DNA from: Pseudonocardiales bacterium | Lineage (GTDB): Bacteria; Actinomycetota; Actinomycetes; Mycobacteriales; Pseudonocardiaceae | DNA length: 64,000 bases | Assembly (NCBI GenBank): GCA_052390495.1 | Contig: JBQTGW010000240.1 | Span: 33,232 to 97,231, forward strand | Reading direction: 5' to 3' | Shown here: piece after piece, positions 45,845 through 55,000 of the stretch | How the letters are laid out: each line of letters opens with the position of its first letter | How positions within the stretch are numbered: position 1 is the first letter of the stretch | Notes under the pieces: generated by a model | What the model was told of the DNA's origin: nothing | The model's input: the letters and a program-made list of their open reading frames with translations, nothing else | The model's database searches: none | Made by a program: the position numbers and the translations under genes

Positions 45845-48775
45845 ATGGTCTCCGTACGACCTGTTCCAGCAGCACAGAAAGGCTACGCTGTGTCCAAACC
45901 CAGGGCTTGCCGACCGATCGGAAGTCCCCGACAAGCAGCAGCGGCGAGGTGGTACACAACCCGCCTCGCGTTGACCGCGCTTCTCGCGGCGACCGCGCTC
46001 CCGTTCACCGCCACCGCCGCTGCGGCGCAGACGACGTTCACAGTCGACAGCAACGCCGACGCGGTCGACGCCACGCCTGGTGACGGGACCTGCGCCACCT
46101 CCAACGGGACCTGCACGCTACGCGCAGCAGTCCAGGAGGCCAACGCGTTCGCAGGCGCGGACACGATCGTGCTACCGGCAGGCGAGTTCGCGATCGCGAT
46201 CCCACCGCTGAATCAGAACGACATCACCAGCGGCGACTTCGACATCACCGAAGACCTGACCATCACCGGCGCCGGGCAGAGCGCCACGACCATCGACGGC
46301 GGCGTCCCGAAGGCCGGGTCCGGGGCGGAGATCCCCGGGCTGGACCGGCTGTTCGCGGTCGCCCCAGGGGTCGGCTCGGTGTCCCTCTCCGAGCTCCGCC
46401 TGCAGGAAGGATATGCGCAGGAGTTCGGCGGGGCGGTGCTCAACGAAGGCGACGCGACCGTGCAGCTGACCAACGTCACCGTTGCGAACAACTTGGCGGG
46501 TAAGAACGGCGGCGGCGTCGATAATCACGCCAATGGCACCATCGCCGTCAGCGGATCGACGTTCACGGCCAACTCCTCGATCGAGGGCGGCAGCGCGCTG
46601 AACAACAACCGCGCCGGCACGCTGACCGTGACGAGCAGCACGCTGACAAACAACCATGGCGGATCGGCGATCCTGAACAACGGTGAGTTCGACGTCCACG
46701 GCACAATCACCGTCACGGACTCGACGATCTCAGACAACGACAGTGGCGAATTCGAATTGTCAGGTGGCGGCATCAACAATGCTGGCGGAACGCTCACAGT
46801 CGAGCGCACCACGTTCTCGGGCAACGCCTCCAACGGGTACGGCGGTGGCCTCGCCAACAACGGTGGCGCCGTCTTGGTGACCGACAGCACGTTCACCGCG
46901 AACCGGGGCGATGCCGGCGGGGGGTTCGGGGGTGGCGACCTGGGCGGCTCAGCAGAAATCCGCAACTCGACGTTCACCGGCAACCACGCGGAGGCCGACG
47001 GCGGCGCGCTGGCCAACGACGGCCCCGGCACGCTGATCGTGACTGACGGGCGGTTCATCGGCAACATCGCCGAAGGCGACGGTGGCGCGATCGTGAACAA
47101 CGGCTTCGGTGCGGTGACCATCACCGGGGTCACCTTCAGCGACAACACCGGTGCCAACGGCGGCGGGTTAGCGAACAACGCCGACGCGCTGGTCGACGTC
47201 GCCACGAGCACGTTCATCGGCAACCACGCGCTCAGCGAAGGCCTGGGCGGGGCAGGCGGCGCGATCCAGAACGACTCCGACGGCCAGTTCTCGCTGCGCG
47301 ACAGCACACTGCGGCAGAACGACGGGGACAGCGGCGGGGGGTTCGCCAACCACGGTGACGGCGCCGTCGAGATCACGAACACAACCATCTCGGCCAACAC
47401 CGCCAGCGCCGACGGCGGCGGGCTGGCGATCGACTCGGGCGCTGTCGCCATGACCAACATCGACGTGCTCGGCAACACCGCCGGGGCCAACGGCGGCGGA
47501 ATCAGCTTCGCCGGCGACAAGATCGCTAAGGAAGGCGAGACTGCGACGATCACCGGCAGCCGCATCAACGACAACGTCGCCAACGAAGAGTCCGGCAGCG
47601 GCGGGGGCATCGACAGCCAAGGCGATGGCGAGCTCGGCATCACCGACACGACCGTCCGCAACAACCGGGCGTTCGCCGGTGGCGCCATCCACCACGTCGG
47701 CGACGCGCCGCTGACCATCAACCGCTCCACGATCACCGGCAACCACGCCGACAGCGGCGGCGGACTGTTCCTGGAGGGCGACGCGGGGACGACCGTGACG
47801 AACTCCACGGTCTCGGCCAACACCGCGACGAGCTTCGGTGGCGGCATGCTGGCCAACAGCACGCGAGCCGACCTGGTCCACGTGACCGTGACCGACAACA
47901 ACGCGGCCTCCGGTGGCGGGATCAGCAACGGCGGCGCCGACCTGACCGGCGACGGGTTCGTCCTGCCCCGCAACACGATCATCGCGAACAACCCCACCGG
48001 TGGAAACTGCGGCGGGACGCTGGACTCCCAAGGCAGCAACCTGGAGAACGCGGACACCTGCGGCCTGCGCGCCGAGGGTGACCAGATCAACGTCGACCCC
48101 CGGCTCGGCCCGTTGGCCGACAACGGCGGGCCGACCCTCACCCACGCCCTGCAGGCAGGCAGCCCCGCGTTGAACAACGCCAACGTCGCACCCTTCCCGG
48201 CCACCGACCAGCGAGGCGTGACGCGCCCGCAGGGGCTGACGCCGGACATCGGGGCGTTCGAATCCGAGACGCCGGGCTGCACCGGCACCCTGGAGACCAC
48301 GGCCGACATCGACAGCTGGCTCGCTGAGAACAACCCCACAGCGAACTTCGGCGCAGACGCCGTGCTGAAGGTGCGCTCCAAGAGCGCGGAGGGCAACCTC
48401 CGTGCCCTGGTGCGCTTCGCCTTGCCCGACGCAGGCGGCTGCCAGGTCGTCGACGCGAAGCTGCGCCTGCACGCCAGCTCAGCGACGCCCGGCCGGACGC
48501 TCGAGGCAGTCGCCGTCGACGGCAGCTGGACCGAGTCCGAGGTGACCTGGGCGAACCAGCCGACCACCGCCGGGCCCGCCGCCACCACCGACTCGGGTCT
48601 CGGCACCCTGGAGTGGACCGTCACCGAGCAGGTCCAAGCCATGTACACCGGTGCCAACAACGGCTTCCTGATCAAGGATTCCCAGGAAGGCGACCCGGCA
48701 GGCCCTGAGCAGCAGTTCCACGGCCACGCCAAGGCCCCCGACCAGCCACCCCAGCTCATCATCACCTTCGGCTGA
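45845..48775 (+). CDS. large secreted right-handed beta-helix repeat protein with a choice-of-anchor-Q-like module and a C-terminal DNRLRE-like domain
   Basis: The signal-like segment is RLALTALLAATALPFTATAAAAQ. There are dozens of G-G-(A/G)-(I/L)-x-N repeats, then CGGTLDSQGSNLENADTCGL..DPRLGPLADNGGPTLTHAL..DQRGVTRPQG..DIGAFE, then ADIDSWLAENNPTANFG..LRALVRFALP. The start is uncertain (45722, 45845 or 45890). Confidence 0.75.
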   Translation: MVSVRPVPAAQKGYAVSKPRACRPIGSPRQAAAARWYTTRLALTALLAATALPFTATAAAAQTTFTVDSNADAVDATPGDGTCATSNGTCTLRAAVQEANAFAGADTIVLPAGEFAIAIPPLNQNDITSGDFDITEDLTITGAGQSATTIDGGVPKAGSGAEIPGLDRLFAVAPGVGSVSLSELRLQEGYAQEFGGAVLNEGDATVQLTNVTVANNLAGKNGGGVDNHANGTIAVSGSTFTANSSIEGGSALNNNRAGTLTVTSSTLTNNHGGSAILNNGEFDVHGTITVTDSTISDNDSGEFELSGGGINNAGGTLTVERTTFSGNASNGYGGGLANNGGAVLVTDSTFTANRGDAGGGFGGGDLGGSAEIRNSTFTGNHAEADGGALANDGPGTLIVTDGRFIGNIAEGDGGAIVNNGFGAVTITGVTFSDNTGANGGGLANNADALVDVATSTFIGNHALSEGLGGAGGAIQNDSDGQFSLRDSTLRQNDGDSGGGFANHGDGAVEITNTTISANTASADGGGLAIDSGAVAMTNIDVLGNTAGANGGGISFAGDKIAKEGETATITGSRINDNVANEESGSGGGIDSQGDGELGITDTTVRNNRAFAGGAIHHVGDAPLTINRSTITGNHADSGGGLFLEGDAGTTVTNSTVSANTATSFGGGMLANSTRADLVHVTVTDNNAASGGGISNGGADLTGDGFVLPRNTIIANNPTGGNCGGTLDSQGSNLENADTCGLRAEGDQINVDPRLGPLADNGGPTLTHALQAGSPALNNANVAPFPATDQRGVTRPQGLTPDIGAFESETPGCTGTLETTADIDSWLAENNPTANFGADAVLKVRSKSAEGNLRALVRFALPDAGGCQVVDAKLRLHASSATPGRTLEAVAVDGSWTESEVTWANQPTTAGPAATTDSGLGTLEWTVTEQVQAMYTGANNGFLIKDSQEGDPAGPEQQFHGHAKAPDQPPQLIITFG

Positions 48776-48817
48776 ACCAGCCACCCTCGGACACTTGTCA
48801 AGATCATCTCTGGCAGG

Positions 48818-49072
48818 TGCCCGAGGGCAGCCGCCAGTTTCTTTCCCGCACGAATCGCTTGTCTGGAAGAGTCCGTCGCAGCGATGCTCGCTCTGGGTTT
48901 GGCTGGCTACCGGGCATCCTGGTGCCATGGCGTGGCAGCCGACCCGCTACGGCTGCACGCCTGGATCGAGGCTGGCGGCAAGCGGGTGGGCGAACCGGCG
49001 TCCACCGAACTGTTCACCCCGATCATGCGCATCCCGTCCGGCGGGGACGAGGCGGCAAGGAGGCCGATGTGA
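48818..49072 (+). CDS. short transglutaminase-like (lasso-peptide B2 / Transglut_core3-like) protein or remnant
   Basis: Hand translation from GTG 48818 gives ..ARIACLEESVAAMLALGLAGYRASWCHGVAADPLRLHAWIEAGGKRVGEP, with the Cys and His of the papain-like core. At 84 aa it is shorter than typical family members. Confidence 0.4.
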   Translation, partial: CPRAAASFFPARIACLEESVAAMLALGLAGYRASWCHGVAADPLRLHAWIEAGGKRVGEPASTELFTPIMRIPSGGDEAARRPM

Positions 49073-49546
49073 CTGAACCGGTGCTGTGGATACGCGGAGA
49101 GCGGGTGGGACTCGGGCCAACCCCATGCTGAGCTCATCGAGGAGTACTGGCGCTGGGAGAACGACCCCGTAGTCGTCAACGGCTACGGACGCCAAGTCCC
49201 CGAATCCCTCGAAACCCGCCGCGAAGGCTACGGCCACCAAGCACGCGGATCACTGAACCAGGTCCGATTCACTATCCACGACCTCAAGAACGACGCCGCA
49301 CCCTGCGGGCTGACCAGTCTGACGGTCGACCATCAGGTCCGCACCGCCGAGTTCCTCATTCTGCTGGCCCCCGAAGCACGCGGCCAAGGCCTGGCCACCG
49401 AGGCCACCCGCTTCACCCTCGACTACGCATTCCACCTCACCGCACTCGCCCAAGTCTGGCTGAAAGTCCTAATTCACCAACATCTCACCGCCACGACCAC
49501 CATCCCCATAAGCCATGCACACCAGACCCGGCCCGGCCGACGTTGA
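49069..49546 (+). pseudogene. GNAT (RimJ/RimL-like) N-acetyltransferase, frameshifted and C-terminally degenerate
   Basis: VTEPVLWIRGERVGLGPTP.. stops at 49131. The gene continues in another frame from 49130 as ELIEEYWRWENDPVVVNGY...RFTIHDL..GLTSLTVDHQVRTAEFLILLAPEARGQGLATEATRFTLDYAF, and the typical C-terminal motif is lost. Confidence 0.5.
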
Positions 49547-49574
49547 AGCAGCCCTACATAACGAGCCAAGCGAA

Positions 49575-51245
49575 CTATGAGTCGAGCGGTGAGGCGGGTG
49601 CGGTGGTGGGCAGCCAGTAGCAGACCGCGGCAGCGGCGAGGAGAGTGACGGCTCCGGCGACGAGGGCGGCGGTGGTCATGGCGTCGATGAAGGCCTCACG
49701 GGCGGCGCCCAGCAGCTGTGTCCGGAAGGGGTCGGGAAGCTGCTCGGCGAAGGAGGAGGCAGTGAGGATGCTGTGATCGGCCGCCTGCCGCAGGGTGTCG
49801 GAGGTACCGGGTTGGGTGAGCAGGGTGTGCAGCCGGGAATCGGAGACGGCGGTGATGATCGAACCTTGCACGGCTACCCCGAGGGCGACGCCGACCTGGC
49901 GGGTGGCGTCGTTGATGGCCGAGCCCAGTCCAGCCCGGCTTGGTGGCACGGCCGCCATGACCGCCTCAGTTCCGGCGGAACCGACCATTCCCGCACCGAG
50001 TCCGGCGATGAGCTGGAAAATCACCAGGTGGTCGTACCCGGAGCTGGGGTGGGTAGTAGCCAGGACGGCGAATGCGGCGGTGACCACACCCAGTCCCACG
50101 ACCACCGAGGTTTTCACGCCGTAGCGGGCCTGGAGGGGAAGTCCCACGGCGGCTCCGACGATCACGGCGGCGGGCAATGGCAGCGTGCGCAGCCCTGCCT
50201 CCCAGGGTGTGTAACCCAGGACCTCCTGCAGATAGAGGGTGATCACGAACAGGGCACCGAACAGGGCGAAGGACATCAGGGCCAACGCGGCGGCGTTCAT
50301 CCCGACCTGGGGTCGACGGATGAGTGACAGCGGGAGCATCGGAGCGCGGCTGCGGGCTTGCCAGCTGATGAAGGCGGTCAGCAGCACAGCTGAGGCCGTG
50401 AAAGCGGCCAGCACGGGAGCGCTGGTCCAGCCTCGGGCGGGGCTCTCGATGATCGCCCAGACCAACGCCAGCAATCCGGTCGCGGACAGGACGACTCCCA
50501 GGACGTCGACGCGCTGGGCATGAGGGACGCGGGATTCGGGCACTACCAGCAGCGCCAGGGCGATGGCGACGGCGGTGACCGGAACGTTGATCCAGAATCC
50601 GGCGTGCCACGAGAAGTGGTGCACCAGCCAGCCTCCGACGACCGGTCCGGTCGTCCCGCCCAGCGCGCCGATCACTGCCCACAATGCGATCGCCCGGCGA
50701 CGCAGGTGGGATTCCGGGAACAGGTTGCTGATAATCGACAAGGTGGCGGGCATCAACAGCGCCGCACCCGCACCCATGCCGAATCGTGCCACGATCACCG
50801 GCCAGGGTTGCTGGGCAAGGGCTCCCAGTATCGAGAACGCACCGCACACGGCCAGCCCGATCGTGAAGGAGCGACGCCGGCCGATCCGGTCGGTGACCGC
50901 GCCTGCGGCCAGCACGGTGCCGCCGAGCATCAGGGCGTAACCATCGACGATCCACTGCACTTGGGCCATTGACGGCGCCAGGTCACGCTGCAGGTCGGGG
51001 ATGGCGACGTTGAGGACGGTGAGATCCATGCCCAGCAGGAACAGGCCCAGACACACCACAGCAGTCGCCGCCCAGCGGCGCGACAGGCTCAGCGGCGGTG
51101 CCGCGGCGCGGTGTCTGCCAACTCTGGGCAAACGGGCCGCAGTGGGCTCAGGCTTGGCGCGGGGTTCAGGCTTGGCGCGGGGCTCAGGTTTGGCGCGGGG
51201 CTCAGGTTTGGCGCGGGGTTCAGGCTTGGCGCGGGGTTCAGTCAT
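49575..51245 (-). CDS. MFS drug-efflux transporter (DHA2/EmrB-QacA-like, about 14 TMS) with an N-terminal (EPRAKP)x5 repeat
   Basis: 556 aa with LGMDLTVLNVAIP and DRIGRRR motifs. There is an ATGA overlap with the thioesterase stop at 51242-51245. Confidence 0.85.
   Translation of the reverse strand: MTEPRAKPEPRAKPEPRAKPEPRAKPEPRAKPEPTAARLPRVGRHRAAAPPLSLSRRWAATAVVCLGLFLLGMDLTVLNVAIPDLQRDLAPSMAQVQWIVDGYALMLGGTVLAAGAVTDRIGRRRSFTIGLAVCGAFSILGALAQQPWPVIVARFGMGAGAALLMPATLSIISNLFPESHLRRRAIALWAVIGALGGTTGPVVGGWLVHHFSWHAGFWINVPVTAVAIALALLVVPESRVPHAQRVDVLGVVLSATGLLALVWAIIESPARGWTSAPVLAAFTASAVLLTAFISWQARSRAPMLPLSLIRRPQVGMNAAALALMSFALFGALFVITLYLQEVLGYTPWEAGLRTLPLPAAVIVGAAVGLPLQARYGVKTSVVVGLGVVTAAFAVLATTHPSSGYDHLVIFQLIAGLGAGMVGSAGTEAVMAAVPPSRAGLGSAINDATRQVGVALGVAVQGSIITAVSDSRLHTLLTQPGTSDTLRQAADHSILTASSFAEQLPDPFRTQLLGAAREAFIDAMTTAALVAGAVTLLAAAAVCYWLPTTAPASPLDS
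51151..51240. repeat. five tandem copies of an 18-bp unit (ggcttggcgcggggttca and variants)
   Basis: Copies are at 51151, 51169, 51187, 51205 and 51223. On the minus strand they encode (EPRAKP)n at the start of the MFS gene. Confidence 0.95.
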
Positions 51246-52039
51246 GGCGCGATGTGGCGGAGTGCGGCGTGCAGATCCTTGTCGAGTTGATCGATGAGGG
51301 CCTCGGCCTGGTCAAGGGGGTACATGTGGCCGCCGGGGAAGAGGCAGGGGGTCGCCGGGGTGGTGGCCAGGTCGTTCCAGGCGCCCAGCTGGTCGATCGG
51401 AACGACCGGGTCGGATTTGCCGCCGTAGAGAGCGAGGTCAAGTTCCAAGGCAGCTTCGTCGTGGTGGCGGTATTGCAGGCTCAGGAGGAAGTCGGCGAAC
51501 AGTGGGGCCAGGGCGGTGGCCACCTGATCCGGGGTCAGCCGGGTCGGCTCGTACAGCGGGCCGATGAAGTCGGCGATGGTCGTCTGGCCGCTGACCAGAC
51601 GCAGGCCGAAGGTGCGCCCGTAGGTGTCGAGGTGGGGGGCGGGGAAGGCGGACACGGCGAGCAGGACCGGCAGGCGGTGGTGGGTGCGGCGCAGACGGCA
51701 CGCGGTGGTGAAGGCGAGCAGGGCGCCGGAGCTGTGTCCGAACAGGGCGAAGGGGCGGTTGTCGCCGGGCGTGTGGACCAAGTCGGCGAGCGCGGCGGTG
51801 AGCTGCCGCAGGTCGGTCACACAGAGCTGGTCGGCGACGGCGCCATGGCCAGGCAGGCATACCGCACACAATTCGATCGTGGGCGCCAGCAGCGGCGACC
51901 AGGGCAGATAGAACTCCGGCCCGAAACCGGCGGGAGGAAAGCAGTACAGTCGCACGTCCGCGTCAGGTCGGGCCGCGAGGACGGCCAGGGTGGGCTGTCC
52001 TGCGGCGGAAGTGCCACCGTGCGGTGTCGTGGTGGTCAT
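51242..52039 (-). CDS. type II thioesterase
   Basis: 265 aa with LYCFPPAGFG and the nucleophile elbow LFGHSSGALLAF. It lies directly downstream of the PKS. Confidence 0.85.
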   Translation of the reverse strand: MTTTTPHGGTSAAGQPTLAVLAARPDADVRLYCFPPAGFGPEFYLPWSPLLAPTIELCAVCLPGHGAVADQLCVTDLRQLTAALADLVHTPGDNRPFALFGHSSGALLAFTTACRLRRTHHRLPVLLAVSAFPAPHLDTYGRTFGLRLVSGQTTIADFIGPLYEPTRLTPDQVATALAPLFADFLLSLQYRHHDEAALELDLALYGGKSDPVVPIDQLGAWNDLATTPATPCLFPGGHMYPLDQAEALIDQLDKDLHAALRHIAP

Positions 52040-52068
52040 CGTGTTCCTTCGGACGGCTCTCGGCGCGG

Positions 52069-55000
52069 TCAGGAAGCGGGGGCACGCGAAGTGCCGGGAG
52101 AGGTATGGCCCAGGCGGATGAGGATGCGCTGGGCCAGCGTGGTCAGACTGGGTGCGCCGATCAGCTCGACGACGGCGATCTCGCAGCCGATGCGCTGGTG
52201 AATCAGCGTCGTGAGTTCGGCGCCCATCAGGGAGTCCATACCGAGCTGGTCGGGGCGGCGGCTGCGGTCGATGCGCTCGGCTGTGGTCTGTAGGACCTGG
52301 GCCAGCAGTTCGGCCAGCGCGTCCTCCACGAGCACCAGGGGGTCGGGCGCCGTGGCCAGAGCGGTGCGTAGGTGGTCGGCGGCGTGGGTGTCGTCGGTGC
52401 CGTCGGACGACGCGTGCAACAACGTGGCGGTGCGGGGGGCGGTGAGGTTGGGCACGAGATACCGTCGCGCGGTGTCCCAGTCGAAGTTGCCGACAGCGGC
52501 GACCTCGGCATCGGGATGCGCCAGCAGCTCATCAAGGGCGGATAAAGCGTCGGCAGCGAGCAGCGGGCCCAGGCCGAAGTAGGCCGCCTCGTCAGGGTGC
52601 TGCTGGGCGCGGTGGATGTAGCCGGTGTCGCTGATGGCGCCCCACTGAATGGCCAGAGCCGGGAGTCCGGCTCGGCGACGGTCCCGCACCAGGGCGTCCA
52701 ACGCTAGATTGGCCGCCACGTAGGGAGCCTGACGCGCGTTGCCGCCGAGTGCGGCTACCGAGCTGTAGACGACGAAAAAGTCCAGTTTCCGGTGCCGGGT
52801 GAGCTGGTCCAGCAGGTGACCGCCGGTCATCTTCGGCGCGAGGACGGCGCGGACGCGTTCGTCGGTGAATTCGGTGAGCCAGCCGTCGTCGTTGACCATG
52901 GCCGCGTGGATCACCCCAGCCAGTCGGCGGCCGGAGGCGTCGAGATGCTCGAGGATGCCGGGCAGGGCGTCGGGGTCGGCGACGTCGGCGGCATATGCGC
53001 TGACCTGCACGCCGCGGGCCTGCAGGTCAGCCAGCAGCGCGGGGGCTTCGGGGGCGTCCGCGCCGCGGCGGCTGATCAGGACCAGATGGCCAGCGCCACG
53101 GGCGGCGAGGTGGCGGGCGGTGGCCGCGCCGAGCCCGCTCAGACCGCCGGTGACCAGGTAGGTTGCGTGGGGGTCCAGGACCCCGCCAGCGGTGGGCTGC
53201 TGAACGCGGACCGGTTCGTCGAAGGTGACCACGATCTTGCCGGTATGCCGGGAATGCTGCAGGCAGGTGAATGCTTCCTGGATGCGAGTGGTGGGGTAGG
53301 TGCGGTGCGGCAGCGGCCGGTAGCTGCCGCTGTGCAGGGCCTCGCCGATCGCCGCCAGATGGGCGTCGGCCAGCCGCGAGGGCTGGGCCAGCAGCGGAGA
53401 GACGTCAACGCCGAAGAAGGTGAGATTGTTCAGGAAGGGGGCGGAGGGCAGCGGGGTGTCGGCGAGGAGGTCCCGCTTGCCCAGTTCCACGAAGCGACCG
53501 TGGGGTTTGAGCAGACCCAGGCTGCGCACCAGGGCATCGCCGGACAACGAGTTCAGCACCACGTCGACGCCGTCGCCGCCAGTCAGGTCGAGGATGTGGT
53601 CGGCGAAGTGCGGGCTGCGGGAGTTCAGGACGTGTTCGATGCCGAGCAGGTGGAGCAGATCGCGTTTGGCGGGAGTGCCTGCGGTGGCGATGACGCGGGC
53701 GCCGACGTACTGGGCGTACTGCAGGGCGGCCAGACCCACGCCGCCGGCCGCACCGTGGACCAGGATGGTTTCGCCGGCGGCCAGTCTGGCTAGGTGAGAC
53801 AGGCTGTGCTGCACGGTCAGCAAGACCACGGGCAGCGTGGCAGCCTCGGCGAAGGTCATGTTTTCGGGGATCGGGATGAGCCGGTCGGCACGGCCTAAGG
53901 CATGCGAGCCGAAACAGCCCAGAGCGGCGCCGGCCACCCGGTCACCGACAGAGGGCTGTGCGACATCGGGGCCGACGGCGATGACCGTGCCAGCGCACTC
54001 GAGCCCCAGGTCGGCCACATCCGGCCAGCGGCTGTACCTGGAGCTGGGCACCAGACCGGTGGAGATCATGATGTCCCGGTAGTTCAGACCGGCGGCGGCG
54101 ACGGCGATGACGACTTCACCCGACTGCGGCTCGGGGATCCTCGTCGGTCGCCAGCCCAGCTGGTAGCGCAAGCCGGGACTGCTCAGCGTCAGGGTGTAGG
54201 CAGCTCGGGTCGTGGACGGACGACACGGTGGGGCCAACGGCCGGACCCGGGAGACGAACCGACCGTGGGGAGTGAGCAGGACTTCGTCGTCCTCGGGCCG
54301 GGCCAGCAGTTCCTGAACCAGACGGTCGACCACAGCGGCGGTCTGGTACTCGCGGTGACCCGGCTGGACCAGGACGATCCGGCGGACGGTGAGCTCGGGG
54401 TGCTCATTGGCCAGGCCCCGGGCCGCTCCCCAGGCCGCGGCGGCGCTGGGTGTGGTTGGTGGGCAGCACCCGGCATCGTCGGCGCTGGAGGTGACCAGCC
54501 ATACCGTGAGCTGGCACTGCTCCACGGTCTGCTGATGGGCGGTGGCCAGCGCGCGCAGTACCGCGCAGTACCGCACTGCATCCTCGGTGGCCTGCGTCGG
54601 TGACGCGGCGGAGCGGGCCACGACCAGCACCACGATGTCGACCGAACCGGGGTGCTCAGTCAGCAGCGTTGTCCACTGCGCGGCGTCCTCGCCGGCGGGC
54701 ACGGTGCGCGCCATGCTGGGCTCGACCTGGGCCCGCAGCGCGGCCACCAGCTCCCGCTGCGGTCCACTGTCCGGCTCTGCTTCACAGGCACCCGGCGCGC
54801 TGGTTACCAGCCACCTCCGCGCGCTGCTGCCGACGACGTCCCGGGCAGGTTGGGGAATGTCGGTGCGCCGCGGGTTGCGGGCGCCACGGGCGGTGAGAAT
54901 GACGGAGTAGTCGCTGCGGGCGGGTTCGGCGGTGTCGCCGGTCTGCACGGTCGCGGTGAAGCCGCAGTCCTGCAGCAGCTGCGGCCAGGCTTGGCGCACC

